A stretch of DNA of 64,000 nt from an uncultured Chloroflexia bacterium (GCA_963845925.1 CAWJUA010000025.1:175114-239113), one strand, 5' to 3'; positions 37,620-47,940 are shown, counted from the stretch's first letter. Made by a program: numbers and translations. Notes: generated by a model not told the origin, from the sequence alone.

Positions 37620-39299
37620 ATGACGGCCCACCCGAAGCCGCGAGGGTCGTCGGACGCGGGAACGCCCGCAGTGCCGGCCGACGACGTCGCCCGGCCGAGG
37701 AAGTCCGCGCCGATCCTGCTCGGTCGCCGGCTTCGGGGTCCTTGGCGTCTGCCTGTTCCTCTTCGGGACGATCGCCGAGGGGATCCGCGACGGCGAGGTG
37801 TTCCTCATGGACACGCTCGCGACGCCGTTCTTCCACGCCCTGGCCAGCCCCGCGATGGACGCGCTGATGAACTTCTTCACGCTGCTCGGGTCGGTCTACG
37901 TGATCCCGATCCTGTTCGCCGCGGCGATCATCGTCCTGATCGTCCAGCGCCGCCCCGGCGCGGCGCTGTTCCTGACCGTCGCGAGCGGCGGCGCACTCCT
38001 CCTCAACGGGGCGATGAAGCTCTTCTTCGAGCGGCCTCGGCCGCAGGTCCCGTGGGCGAACGTCCTGCCCGACTACAGCTTCCCGAGCGGCCACACGATG
38101 AACTCCGTCGCGTTCTACGGCGCGCTCGCGGTCATCGTCTGGTCGATCGCCGGGCGGCGCTGGGGGATCGTCGCCGTCATCGCCGCGACCGTCCTGTGCA
38201 CGCTGATCGGGATCAGCCGGATCTACCTCGGCTACCACTACTTCACCGACGTGATCGGCGGGGCGCTCGCGGGCGTCAGCTGGCTGCTGATCACGGTGGC
38301 CGTCTTCCGGATCCGCCCGCTCGACGGCTGGTGGATGGCGCCCGACGAGGGCGAGCGCGACGCCGCCACGCCGTCGGGCGATCGCATCGTGACCCGCGCG
38401 CTCGTGATCGGCCGGCAGCGCAGGGGCCGCAAGATCGGACCGGCCGTGCACGAGGTCGAGCGCCAGCTCAAAGCCGCCGGCTGGACGGTCGAGACGCAGG
38501 TCGTCATCCACAAGAAGCAGCTCCGCAAGCGTGCGGCGCGGGCCGTCAAGGACGGCGTCGACATTGCCGTCGCGGTCGGCGGCGACGGGGCCGTGTTCCA
38601 GGTCGTCAACTCGATCGCCGGCTCGGAGACGATGCTGGGCATCATCCCGAAGGGCACCGGCAATCTCCTCGCGGGCAACCTCGGCATCGCGGCGGACGTG
38701 GACAAGGCGGTCGAAGGTGCTCCTCGAGGGCGCGCCGCGCCAGATCGACCTGGGCCGGGTGAAGATCAAGGGCGCCGATCGCGACTTCGCCGTCGCCTGC
38801 GGCGTGGGCTTCGACGCGAAGGTGATGGACGCGACCGACCCGAACCAGAAACGGCGCTGGGGCAAGCTCGCCTACGTCGCGGCGGCCGTCCGCGAGGGCC
38901 GCAAGGTCAAGGAAGTGAGCCACGAGATCACGATCGACGGCCGGACGATCACGACGGCCGCGGCCCAGGTGTTCATCGCGAACTTCGGCCGGATCGGGTC
39001 GCTCGTCGAGCCGCGCCGCCGGGTCATCCCGGACGACGGCAAGTTCGACGTCTTCGTCGTCCGGGCCGGCGGGCCCGATCGAAGGGATGCTCGCCGGCTG
39101 GACCGCGCTGAGCCAGCGAACGCTCGGCGAGACCGACGACGGACGGGTGCTCCGAACGCGGGGCTGCGAGATCACCGTGAAATCGAAGCCGCCACAGCTC
39201 GTCGAGACGGACGGCACGGTCATCGGCCAGACGCCGATCTCCGTGTCGATCCGGCCGAAGGCGCTCCGGGTGATGGCGCCGAGGAAGAAGGAGCGGTAG
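37620..39299 (+). pseudogene. Bifunctional PAP2 phosphatase / diacylglycerol-kinase-family protein, about three frameshifts
   Basis: The PAP2 part (KLFFERPRP, FPSGH, SRIYLGYHYFTDV) and the DAGK motifs (VAVGGDGAVFQVVN, IIPKGTGNLLAGN) are in ORF 37798..39111. VLLEGAPRQIDLGRVKIKGADRDFAVACGVGFDAKV is in ORF 38531..39388. The tail MLAGWTALSQRTL..VETDGTVIGQTPISVSIRPKALRVM is in ORF 39087..39299. The N-terminal helix VAGFGVLGVCLFLFGTIAEGI has no start codon in its frame, so ATG 37620 needs a shift near 37722. The other junctions lie near 38716 and 39073. Confidence 0.7.
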
Positions 39300-39348
39300 C
39301 GGGCGTATCCTGCGTCGGTCCGCAACCCGCCAGCCTGCCCGGTGATCG

Positions 39349-40461
39349 ATGGACCTGGTCTGGTTCCTCCTCGGCGTATTCCTCCTGATCCTCGTCGCGT
39401 GGGACGTCTTCGAGACGATCGTCGTCCCCCGGCCCACGCCGGGCTGGTTCCGCATCGGTCGCTACCTCATCCGGACCTCGTGGTGGGTGCTCCGGAGGCT
39501 CGCCGGCGGACCGAACCGGGGAACGACGAGGGAGCGGATCCTCGGCCTGTTCGCCCCGGCCGCGACCGTCATGCTGCTGTTCGCCTGGCTGACGGCGCTC
39601 ATCGTCGCGTTCGGCCTGATCCTTTTCGCCCTGCGCGACCAGCTCCAGCCGCCGCCGGCCAACCTCGGCACCGCGCTGTACTTCGCGGCGAGCTCGATCC
39701 TGACGATCGGCTACGGCGACATCGTCGCCAACGGCACTGCCGCCCGGGTCGTCGTCGTCGTCGCAGCGGCGACCGGCCTGGGCCTCGTCGCGCTCGTCGT
39801 CACGTTCCTGTTCTCGCTCTACGCCAACTATCAGCGCCGTGAGGCGCCGGTCGTCCTCCTCCAGGCGAAGGCCGGCGCGCCGCTGTCGGCCGTCGTCCTC
39901 CTCGAGAACATGGCCCGCCTGGGGCTCTCGGACCGCCTGCCGCTGTTCTTCGGGGAGTGGGAGCGCTGGGAGGTCGAGGTCCTCGATTCGCACGTGGCGT
40001 ACCCGCTGCTGGGTTACTTCCGCTCGAGCCACGACAACCTGTCGTGGATCAGCGCGCTCGGTACCGTCCTCGACACCGCGACCCTCGTGCTGACGACGAT
40101 CGAGGACGTGCCGCGCGGCCAGGCGGAGCTCGCCCGGGAGCTGGGGATGCACCTCGTCGAGGACATCACGAATCTCGGCAATCGGGGAACAGCCAGGGCG
40201 ACCGTCGACCGGCCGGCGTTCGACGCCGTCTACGCCCGGTTGCGTGCCGCGGGCTATCGCCTCGTCCCGGAGTCGGACGCCTGGGCCGCGTTCGCCGCGT
40301 CCCGGGCGGCGTACGCGGACCGGCTCGAGTCGATGGCCGCGTTCTGGGTCGCGCCGTCGGTCTCGTGGTTCGGCGGGAGCGACCCGCTCCGTTCGCCGAC
40401 GCACCGCGCAGACAGTCAGCCGGCAACGGCTGCCGACGAGGCGACGCGCCAGACGGGCTAG
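39349..40461 (+). CDS. Two-TM potassium channel family protein with uncharacterised C-terminal domain
   Basis: ORF 39349..40461 has the selectivity filter ALYFAASSILTIGYGDIV between TM helices. About 200 further residues show no RCK/TrkA-type motif that I recognise. Confidence 0.75.
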   Translation: MDLVWFLLGVFLLILVAWDVFETIVVPRPTPGWFRIGRYLIRTSWWVLRRLAGGPNRGTTRERILGLFAPAATVMLLFAWLTALIVAFGLILFALRDQLQPPPANLGTALYFAASSILTIGYGDIVANGTAARVVVVVAAATGLGLVALVVTFLFSLYANYQRREAPVVLLQAKAGAPLSAVVLLENMARLGLSDRLPLFFGEWERWEVEVLDSHVAYPLLGYFRSSHDNLSWISALGTVLDTATLVLTTIEDVPRGQAELARELGMHLVEDITNLGNRGTARATVDRPAFDAVYARLRAAGYRLVPESDAWAAFAASRAAYADRLESMAAFWVAPSVSWFGGSDPLRSPTHRADSQPATAADEATRQTG

Positions 40462-41577
40462 GGCCCGACCTCGACGTAGGCCTTGATCGCCCCGGAATCG
40501 TCCCGGAAGTGGCCGCGGATCTGGTCGAGCGCGGCGAGGCCCTCGATCCGCGTCGTCAGAAGCCGCTCGAGCCAGCCCGGGAAGAACGCCTCGGCGCGGA
40601 GCATGTCCTGGACGCCCTCGGCGAAGTCGTCGCGATGGGCGTTGACCGTGCCGACCATGACCTTGTTGCCGAGGACGAAGCCCTGGTTGATGCGGTCGAC
40701 TGGCACCTCGTAGGTCCGGTCGCCGCCGGTGACGCTGGCGAGGACCAGGACGCCGTCCGGGCCGAGGATCTCGGCCGCGGCGAACGCGAGCGGGCTGTAG
40801 CCGGTCGCGTCGAGGATGATGTCGAACGGGCCGGCCTTCGCGGACGCGTCCGCGACCGTCGTCGTGCTCGTGCTCGCGTAGCGGCCGCCAATCGCCTCGA
40901 CGAGGTCGCTGTTGAGATACGGGGCGACCCGTCGCGACAGCACCTCGACCTCGACGCCACGGAGCCGCAACGCGAGCGCGGCAAGGAGCCCGACCGGGCC
41001 GGCGCCGAGGACCGCGGCACGCGGCCGGCTGCCACACGTGGAGGCGGCGCTGGATCTCATACGCCTGGCGGATGCCCTTCTCGACGATCGAGAGCGGCTC
41101 GAGCAGCACGCCGACCTTCTCAAGCGACTCCGGCAGCGCGACGAGGTAGGCGGCGTCCTCGGCGTAGGACTCGGCGAGGTAGCCGTGGGCCCGCCGGATC
41201 CCGCGCTCGGTGAAGTCCTCGCCGGTCGTCATGTCCTGGAGGCCGATCAGGTCGTAGATCGTGGTCCCGGGGCGCCGGACCGTGGCCACGACGAGTCCGC
41301 CCGGCTTGAGGGTCGAGGGCACGTTCGGCCCGACGGCCTCGATCCGGCCGAGGTTCTCGTGGCCGATGATCAGGAAGTCGTCGCCCGCCGGCGCCTCGCC
41401 GAACTCCGCGGCGTTGATCTCGCGGTCCGTGCCGCACAGCCCGACGCGGATCATGTTCACGAGGACGCCGCGGCCGCCGGGGATGTCGTCGACCGACGGC
41501 CGGGGCACGTCCCGGACGTGCATCGAGTCGGCCTTGCCGGGATGGACCGCGACGGCCCGGATCGTCGCGCCGCTCAC
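40458..41577 (-). pseudogene. Zn-dependent glucose 1-dehydrogenase (archaeal-type MDR), one frameshift
   Basis: The N-terminal half is in ORF 39220..41577 (GTG 41577: SGATIRAVAVHPGK..VGLCGTDREI..IGHENLGRIEAVG..VATVRRPG..ERGIRRAHGYLAESY..LLEPLSIVEKGI). The C-terminal half is in ORF 40458..41123 (AAVLGAGPVGLLAALALRLRG..ILDATGYSP..VLGNKVMVGTVNAHRDDF). The junction lies near 41022. The start overlaps the cyclase stop as GTGA. Confidence 0.75.
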
Positions 41578-42236
41578 CGCCGCGGCCGGACCAGCGCCCG
41601 CGCCGGGACGCCGTCGCTCCCGACGAGCCGGATCGGCAGGCAGAGGAGCTCGACCGGCCCGGGATCGACCTTGCTGAGGTCGACGCCCTCGAGGATCGCG
41701 ACGCCCGCGCTCAGCAGCGCCTTGTGCGTCCCGACCGGGCTCCCGAACGGGGCGATGCTCAGGTAGTCGATCCCGACGAGCCGGACGCCCCGCCCCGCGA
41801 GCTCCGCCGCGGCGCGCTCGTCGAGGCCCACGAACGTCGACGAGAAGCCGGCCTCGTTCCAGAGCGCGGAGTTCCGCGTCTTGAACAGCAGCCGCGTCGC
41901 GTCGCCCGGGATCGCCAGGCCCGCCAGCTCTGCGTCTGTGATCACCGGTCCGTCGACGCTCGTCGCGTCGACGACCCAGGCCGGTCCCATCCCGGCCTCG
42001 AGCGGGATCGACTCGCTCGCCGGGGCGCCGTCGATGAAGTGGACCGGGGCATCGAGATGGGTCCCGGTGTGGACGCCCATGTCGACGCGGCTCACGTTGC
42101 AGACCGCGCCGCCATCGATCGAGAAGGCCCGCCCGAGGTGGAACGTCGGGTCGCCCTCGAAGATCGCGATCCCCGGTCGCAACGGGACGCTGATGTCGAT
42201 CCAGCCCTCGTCGAGGGGTCGTCCGGTGTCGGTCAT
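41574..42236 (-). CDS. Cyclase-family protein (kynurenine/aryl-formamidase-like)
   Basis: ORF 41574..42278, with the start at ATG 42236 (MTDTGRPLDEGWIDISVPL). It carries the signature GVHTGTHLDAPVHF, then GIDYLSIAPF. Confidence 0.75.
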   Translation of the reverse strand: MTDTGRPLDEGWIDISVPLRPGIAIFEGDPTFHLGRAFSIDGGAVCNVSRVDMGVHTGTHLDAPVHFIDGAPASESIPLEAGMGPAWVVDATSVDGPVITDAELAGLAIPGDATRLLFKTRNSALWNEAGFSSTFVGLDERAAAELAGRGVRLVGIDYLSIAPFGSPVGTHKALLSAGVAILEGVDLSKVDPGPVELLCLPIRLVGSDGVPARALVRPRR

Positions 42237-42355
42237 CGCGCGATTTTGCCTCGTCTCGTGGCTTTCACATCGTTTCATGCCCCTTCACGGGGCTTGCCAA
42301 CGTGCATACGATGCTCGACGGCCGCACGCCCCCAGGGCGGCCAGAGGAGGTAGGG

Positions 42356-43845
42356 ATGGCCGAGTCCATGTCGACGCCCGCGTCCGCGCCCGCCGGAAGC
42401 CTCGAGCGAGACGCGATCGGGATCACCGAGCTGCTGTTCCAAGCCATCACCCACATGGCGCCGGCGGTCGCCACGGCCCTCTCCATCGGCGCCGCGACGG
42501 CCTTCGCGGGTGGGATCACGCCGCTCGCCGTCGTGTTCGCGATGATCGCCGTGCTGTTCACGGCCTACTCCATGAGCCAGCTGGCTCTCCATCTGCCTTC
42601 GGCGGGCGGCATGTACACGTACGTCGGCCGGGGACTCGGTCCGTTCTTCGGCTGGCTGGTCGCGTGGTCGTTCGCCCTCGCGGAGCCGCTGGTGATGCCG
42701 ATCCTGCTCGGCGGCTTCGGCTTCTACGGCGCGATCTTCCTGTCCACGTACCTCGGGATCGATATCCAGTACGCGTGGGTCGGGCTCGCGGCCCTGTGCG
42801 CCGCCCTCGTCTGGTTCCTGACGTACCGCGGGGTCGCGCTGTCGACCCGGACGGGCATCGTCCTCGGCGTCATCGAGATCGTGATCTTCCTGCTCATCTC
42901 GACGCTGCTGATCGTCAACGCGCCCAAGAACACGATCAGCGTGTTCATCCCGGCCGACGGCAATGTCCTGCCGGCATTCCAGGGGATGATCTTCTGCCTG
43001 CTGGCGTTCGTCGGCTTCGAGGCCGTGGCACCGCTGGGCGAGGAGGCACGCGAGCCGAGGCGGACGATCCCCCGGGCCATCATCTGGTCGGCCGTCCTCG
43101 TCGGGCTGTTCTACGTCTTCAACTACTACGCCGCCACGGTCTACTTCGGGCCGGACAAGATGACCGGGTTCTACACGTTCAACAACGGCGACCCGTGGGG
43201 CTTCATGGCCGACGCCGTCCTGCCGATCGGCGGACTGCTCGTCGTGCTCGCGATCCTCAACAGCTGCCTTGCGAACGCCAACGCCGGCGCGACGGCCGCG
43301 ACCCGCTCGCTGTTTGCGATGGGACGCGCCACGCTGCTTCCGCGGTGGTTCGGCGCGGTCCAGCCCACGTACAAGTCGCCGGTCAACGCGATCAACTTCC
43401 AGGTGGTGTTCGCGCTGGTCATCGCGATCGCCCTGGGCTTCGTGCTGGCCGACGATCCGTTCCCCGGCAGCGGCCCGTTGAACGTGTACGTCTGGCTGGG
43501 CACGATGATCGGGCTGCTCTTCGCGTTCATGTACATCGCCGTCAACCTGGCCTGCATCGGCTTCTACCTGCGCGAAGGACGCAGCGAGTTCAACGTCCTC
43601 AAGCACCTCGTCGTGCCCGTCCTCGGCGTCATCGCGATGATCCCGGCGGTCCTCGCGGTCATCGGCGGCGTGACGATCCCGATCCTCAACGTCGAGCTCC
43701 CGCCGTACGAGAACTCCTTGAAGTACACGGCACCGGTGGTTGCGATCTGGCTCGTGATCGGGGTCGTGCGTACTTCGTGCTGCGTTCGCGGAATCCCGAG
43801 GCACTGGCCCGGGTCGACGACATCTACGGCGGCGATCGGTCGTGA
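42356..43845 (+). pseudogene. APC-superfamily amino acid/polyamine permease, one frameshift near the 3' end
   Basis: ORF 42302..43978, with the start at ATG 42356 after GGAGG. It reads as a 12-TM-type sequence (AITHMAPAVATALS..LPSAGGMYTYVGRGLGPFFGWL..FEAVAPLGEEAREPRRTIPRAI). After VIGVV, near 43767, the expected tail AYFVLRSRNPEALARVDDIYGGDRS-stop (43845) is in another frame. Confidence 0.75.
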
Positions 43846-43943
43846 CGGCGGAGGGCCGCACGTCGATCTGAGCGCGCGTCGGCGGCAGGCCCCGAGGTCG
43901 CTGCGCGACCGGCCGGCCGTGGCCGGCGCCGGCCTACCGCCAG

Positions 43944-44884
43944 CTACTCGAAGATCGACAGCGGGCAGTGGGCCGTGACGACGAAGTTCGGCAGGTCGAC
44001 GATCTCGCTGATCCGCAGGTCGACCGCCGACGCTGCACAGCATGTAGGCGTCGATCGGGCTCAGCCCGTGCTCGCGGCCGAGCCAGTCGATCATCCGGCG
44101 GGTCGCGTCGCGGGCGGCCGTCAGCAGGTCGGGCCCGATGCCGTCGGTCGCATACCGCCGTCCGACCGGCCGCTCCGCCGCCGCGCCCGGCGCCGTGATG
44201 AACTCCGGCCCGCTGAGGTGCAGGTCCGGCGGACCGTGAACCGGACCCGCGCCCGCATCGGCGTCTCGATCGCCGTCCCGCACACCTCGCCGTCGCCCTG
44301 GGCCGCGTGGCCGTCGCCGATCGAGAACCGGGCGCCGTCGTGGAAGACCGGCAGGAACAGCGTCGCGCCGGCGGTCAGGTGGCGGGTGTCCATGTTGCCG
44401 CCGTGGACGTCGGGCGGGATCGTCGAGCAGCGGTCCGGTCCGCGGCGCGACGCCGAGCTCGCCGCAGAACGGGATGATCGGGATGCGGATGCCGGGGAAG
44501 AACTCGGCCCGCTCGCCGACCGCCGGCAGGCTCGTGACCTTGTAGGCCGGATCGGCGAACTCGTCGGCGAGCAGCCCGAACCCCGGGATCGACGCGGTCC
44601 AGCCCCAGTCAGCCGGCTGGAAGTCGAGCAGCTCGACCTGGAGCGTGTCGCCGGCCTTCGCGCCGTCGACCGCGATCGGGCCCGTTGACCTGGTCGACGC
44701 CCGAGAAGTCGAGCGACGCGATCTCCTCGACGGCCGTCGTCTGGGTCAGCGTGCCGTTGCTCGCGTCGAGCAGGTCGAACTCGACCTCGTCGCCGTCGCC
44801 GACGGTCTCGATCGGCGGGATCGCGGGGTCCCAGGCGAGGTGGAACCGGTCGCGGCCGACGTGGATCAATGGGGTCGCGCTCAT
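43944..44884 (-). pseudogene. Acetamidase/formamidase-family protein, about four frameshifts
   Basis: ATG 44884 opens MSATPLIHVGRDRFHLAWDPAIPPIETVGDGDEVEFDLLDASNG. The family blocks follow in successive frames:
- GPIAVDGAKAGDTLQVELLDF;
- HGGNMDTRHLTAGATLFLPVFHDGARFSIGDGHAAQGDGEVCGTAIE;
- GPEFITAPG..ATRRMIDWLGREHGLSPIDAYMLCSV;
- AVDLRISEIVDLPNFVVTAHCPLSIFE, with stop at 43944.
The junctions lie near 44680, 44428, 44232 and 44027. Confidence 0.7.
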
Positions 44885-44955
44885 CGCTTGTCGTTGTCTC
44901 CCAAGCCGGGGGCGGAATGCACGCGCGAGGCCGGAGTATGCGCCCGATCGGGCCC

Positions 44956-46603
44956 CTACTTCACCGTGAACGTCCCCTCGGCGAGGACCCCGGTGTCGTC
45001 GTCGACGAGGATGCGGTATTCGGCCGGCGAGAGGCCGGTCAGCGCGTCCTGCTCGTAATAGCAGGCAACCAGCTTGCCGCCGGCGTTGAGCGGTGCCGAG
45101 ACGGCCTCGGCGCCGTCGATAAGCACGTGGACGGTCGCGCTCTGGCCCGGGCAGGACCGCCCGCGAGAAGTAGCCGCCGACGTAGATGGTGTCGGTCGAT
45201 TCGAACGTCGTCGCCTGCCCCTTCGGCGCACACGGGTTGGCCGGGTCGCGCTCCGTGCCGGCGAGGATCTTGCCGCGGTCCTGCGCGGGGACGCCGCTGA
45301 GCCCGATCGTGCCGAGCGACGGCGCGGCGATGACGAGCGACGGGATCAGCAGGAGGCAGCCGACGAGGAACACGCCGAGGACGTAGACCCGGCGCTCGGT
45401 GCGGGAGACGCCGGCAATGGGACTCGCGGCAGGCGGCGGGGCAGCGACGGGCGCGGCGGCGGGTGCCGCGTCGGCGCCAGGATCGGCCCACGCGACGGGC
45501 GCCGGCGTCTCCGCGGCGGCGGCCGCCGGCTCGGCGACCGTCGGCTCGACCGGGGCGACCTCGGGCGATGCCGCCGGCGTCACGCCGGCCCACCACTCGG
45601 GCCCGGAAGCCGCGTGTGCCTCTGCCGCGACCTGGCTCGCCCGCCATCGACCGGTGACGTCGCCATACGCGATCGTCACGACGATCGATCCCAGCGCCCC
45701 GAACAGCAGCGTGCCGACGACGCCCACCACGGCACCCGCGAGTGTCTTGTCGGCGAACACCAACACGCTCCCGGCGATCGACCACGGTGCTGTGACCAGC
45801 GCGATCCCGATCACCAGCACGCCGAGCCGCCACAGGTTGCCCCGCGTCAGCGTCCAGCTCCGGTTCAGGCCGCTGAGCGGCCCGGCCCGGTCGATCGCAA
45901 TCGCGGTCGGCGCGAAGGCCCAACGGAAGAGCCCGTAGAACGCGACTGCGCCGAGGATGAGCAGGATGATCAAGCCGATGGCCGCCCCGCCAGCGCCGCC
46001 GGCGATCGCGGCCACCGAGAACAGGATCAGCGGGATCAGCAACAGGCCGATGACGACGAGCCAGACGACGATCGCCGACACCAGCGCGACGCCCGCCCGG
46101 CCGACCGCCGGTCCCAGCACGGCGAGGGCGGAGACGTTGCGGCCGGCGTGGACGTCGTCGGTGGCCATGGCGATCGAGGTCGTGACGAAGATCCCGATCG
46201 GGATGTACAGCAGCGCGAGCAGGTCGATCGGCTGGACGGCCGTCGCCGTCGCGGAACGCGACGCGGCCACGAGCAGCGAGATCAGGGAGACGAGCACGGA
46301 CGGCAACGTCAGCGCGACGAACGTCGGCCAGTGGGCGATGAACGTGTCGACCGTCCGCCCGAACACCGACATGACGTCGAGCCCCGTCCAGCCGGGTGGC
46401 GCGTCGTACTGCCATGGACCCACGTCGGGCGGGGGCGCCGACCATGCGACGAGGGGCGTCACCTCGGGCGCGGCGGGCGTAACCGGGTCGGTCGGCGCTG
46501 GCGGCTCGGCGGGCGCGGGCGGCTCGGCGGGCGGCCCCGCGTCGGGCGCGGCCGTCGGATCGGGCGGCAGCCCCGCGTCGTCGGGGCGGCGGTCGTCCAC
46601 CAT
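44956..46603 (-). pseudogene. Polytopic membrane protein with Pro-rich ends and a C-terminal extracytoplasmic domain, one frameshift
   Basis: ATG 46603 follows GAGGGAGG and opens MVDDRRPDDAGLPPDPTAAPDAGPPAEPPAPAEPPAP. About six or seven TM helices follow (FVALTLPSVLVSLISLLV, LLIPLILFSVAAIAGGAGGAAIGLIILLILGAVAFYGLF and others), then a Pro/Ala linker and one more TM helix. After TIYVGGYFSRAVLPG (about 45147, in a GGCCCGGG run) the tail QSATVHVLIDGAEAVSAPLNAGGKLVACYYEQDALTGLSPAEYRILVDDDTGVLAEGTFTVK lies in ORF 44956..45231. Confidence 0.6.
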
Positions 46604-46781
46604 TCCCTGGAACCTCCCTCGTTCGCCCCTCGGCGGAGCGAGTATGCACCGCGGAATGGCCCGATTTCGGTGGTACGATCCGAGCAGCCCGAGCCGGCTC
46701 CTCGTACGGGGTCCGTCCACGACGCCGAATGGCGGCTGGATGCAAGGACCCGCGATATCCCGGTGGGGTGGAGGTGCGCAC

Positions 46782-47897
46782 ATGGCGACCGTGACCTTCG
46801 ACCATGTCACCAAGAAATACGGTGACGTGCTCGCGGTCGACGACCTGAGCCTCGCCATCGCCGACGGCGAGTTCATGGTCCTCGTCGGGCCCTCCGGCTG
46901 CGGCAAGACGACCAGCCTCCGGATGATCGCCGGCCTCGAGGAGATCAGCGACGGCACGCTCCAGATCGGCGATCGCGTCGTCAACGACGTCGCCCCCAAG
47001 GATCGCGACATCGCGATGGTCTTCCAGAGCTACGCGCTCTACCCGCACATGTCGGTCCGCGACAACATGGCGTTCGGGCTGAAGCTGCGGAAGGTTCCCA
47101 AGGCCGACATCGAGAAGCGGGTCAAGGACGCGGCCGGGATCCTCAGCCTCGAGAAGCTCCTCGACCGCAAGCCGAAGGAGCTGTCCGGTGGCCAGCGGCA
47201 GCGCGTCGCGCTGGGCCGGGCGATTGTCCGCGAGCCGGCCGTGTTCCTCATGGACGAGCCGCTCTCGAACCTCGACGCGAAGCTCCGCGTCCAGACCAGG
47301 GCCGAGATCGCCCGCATCCACCAGCGGCTCGGGACGACGATCGTGTACGTCACCCACGACCAGGTCGAGGCGATGACGATGGGCACCCGGATCGCCGTCA
47401 TGAGCGAGGGCCTGCTCCAGCAGGTCGGGACGCCGCAGATCCTCTACGACCAGCCGTCCAACAAGTTCGTCGCGGGATTCATCGGCAGCCCGTCGATGAA
47501 CTTCGTGGAAGGCACGGTCGAAGGCACCGGCGATGGCGCGACCCTGAAGGGGCCCGGAGATTTCTCGATCCCCGTCCCGGCCCGCTACCGCCAGTCGATG
47601 GACACGTCCGGCCGGAAGGTGGCCATCGGCTTCCGCCCCGAGCATCTCGAGCTCGCCGACATCACCGAGCCTTCCGGCTCGTTCAGCGGGCGCGCGGACG
47701 TCGTCGAGTACCTGGGCAACGAGGAGCTGCTCCACGTCACGGCAGCCGAGCAGGACATCGTCGCCATCGTCGGCTCAGAGCACCACGTCAATCCGGGCGA
47801 CATCCTCAAGCTCAACCTGCCGCTGTCGAAGCTGCACCTGTTCGACGCTGAGTCGGGTGCGACCCTCGTTCCGGAGCGCGTCACCGCCGCGGCCTGA
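46782..47897 (+). CDS. Sugar ABC transporter ATP-binding protein (MsiK/MsmX/UgpC type), no cognate permease nearby
   Basis: Last 371 codons of ORF 45957..47897, starting at ATG 46782 after GGAGG. It has Walker A GPSGCGKTT, signature LSGGQRQRVALGRAI, Walker B FLMDEPLSNLD and a C-terminal TOBE-like regulatory domain. Confidence 0.9.
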   Translation: MATVTFDHVTKKYGDVLAVDDLSLAIADGEFMVLVGPSGCGKTTSLRMIAGLEEISDGTLQIGDRVVNDVAPKDRDIAMVFQSYALYPHMSVRDNMAFGLKLRKVPKADIEKRVKDAAGILSLEKLLDRKPKELSGGQRQRVALGRAIVREPAVFLMDEPLSNLDAKLRVQTRAEIARIHQRLGTTIVYVTHDQVEAMTMGTRIAVMSEGLLQQVGTPQILYDQPSNKFVAGFIGSPSMNFVEGTVEGTGDGATLKGPGDFSIPVPARYRQSMDTSGRKVAIGFRPEHLELADITEPSGSFSGRADVVEYLGNEELLHVTAAEQDIVAIVGSEHHVNPGDILKLNLPLSKLHLFDAESGATLVPERVTAAA

Positions 47898-47940
47898 CGG
47901 CAGCGACGCCAGCCGCGCGAACCGCCCCAATTCGCGCTCG

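Noticed and set aside
39220-41577. 785-aa reverse-strand ORF covering the K+ channel locus
   Set aside because: Only the first ~185 codons (41577 to about 41022) encode the glucose dehydrogenase N-terminus. The rest is Arg/Pro-rich shadow, antisense to the intact TIGYGD channel gene.
44609-47011. 800-aa ORF fusing a membrane protein with the formamidase N-terminus
   Set aside because: The membrane protein has its own out-of-frame C-terminal domain and stop at 44956. The formamidase has its own ATG (44884) with an upstream purine-rich site. The read-through segment between them (about 44885-45147) is Arg-rich shadow.
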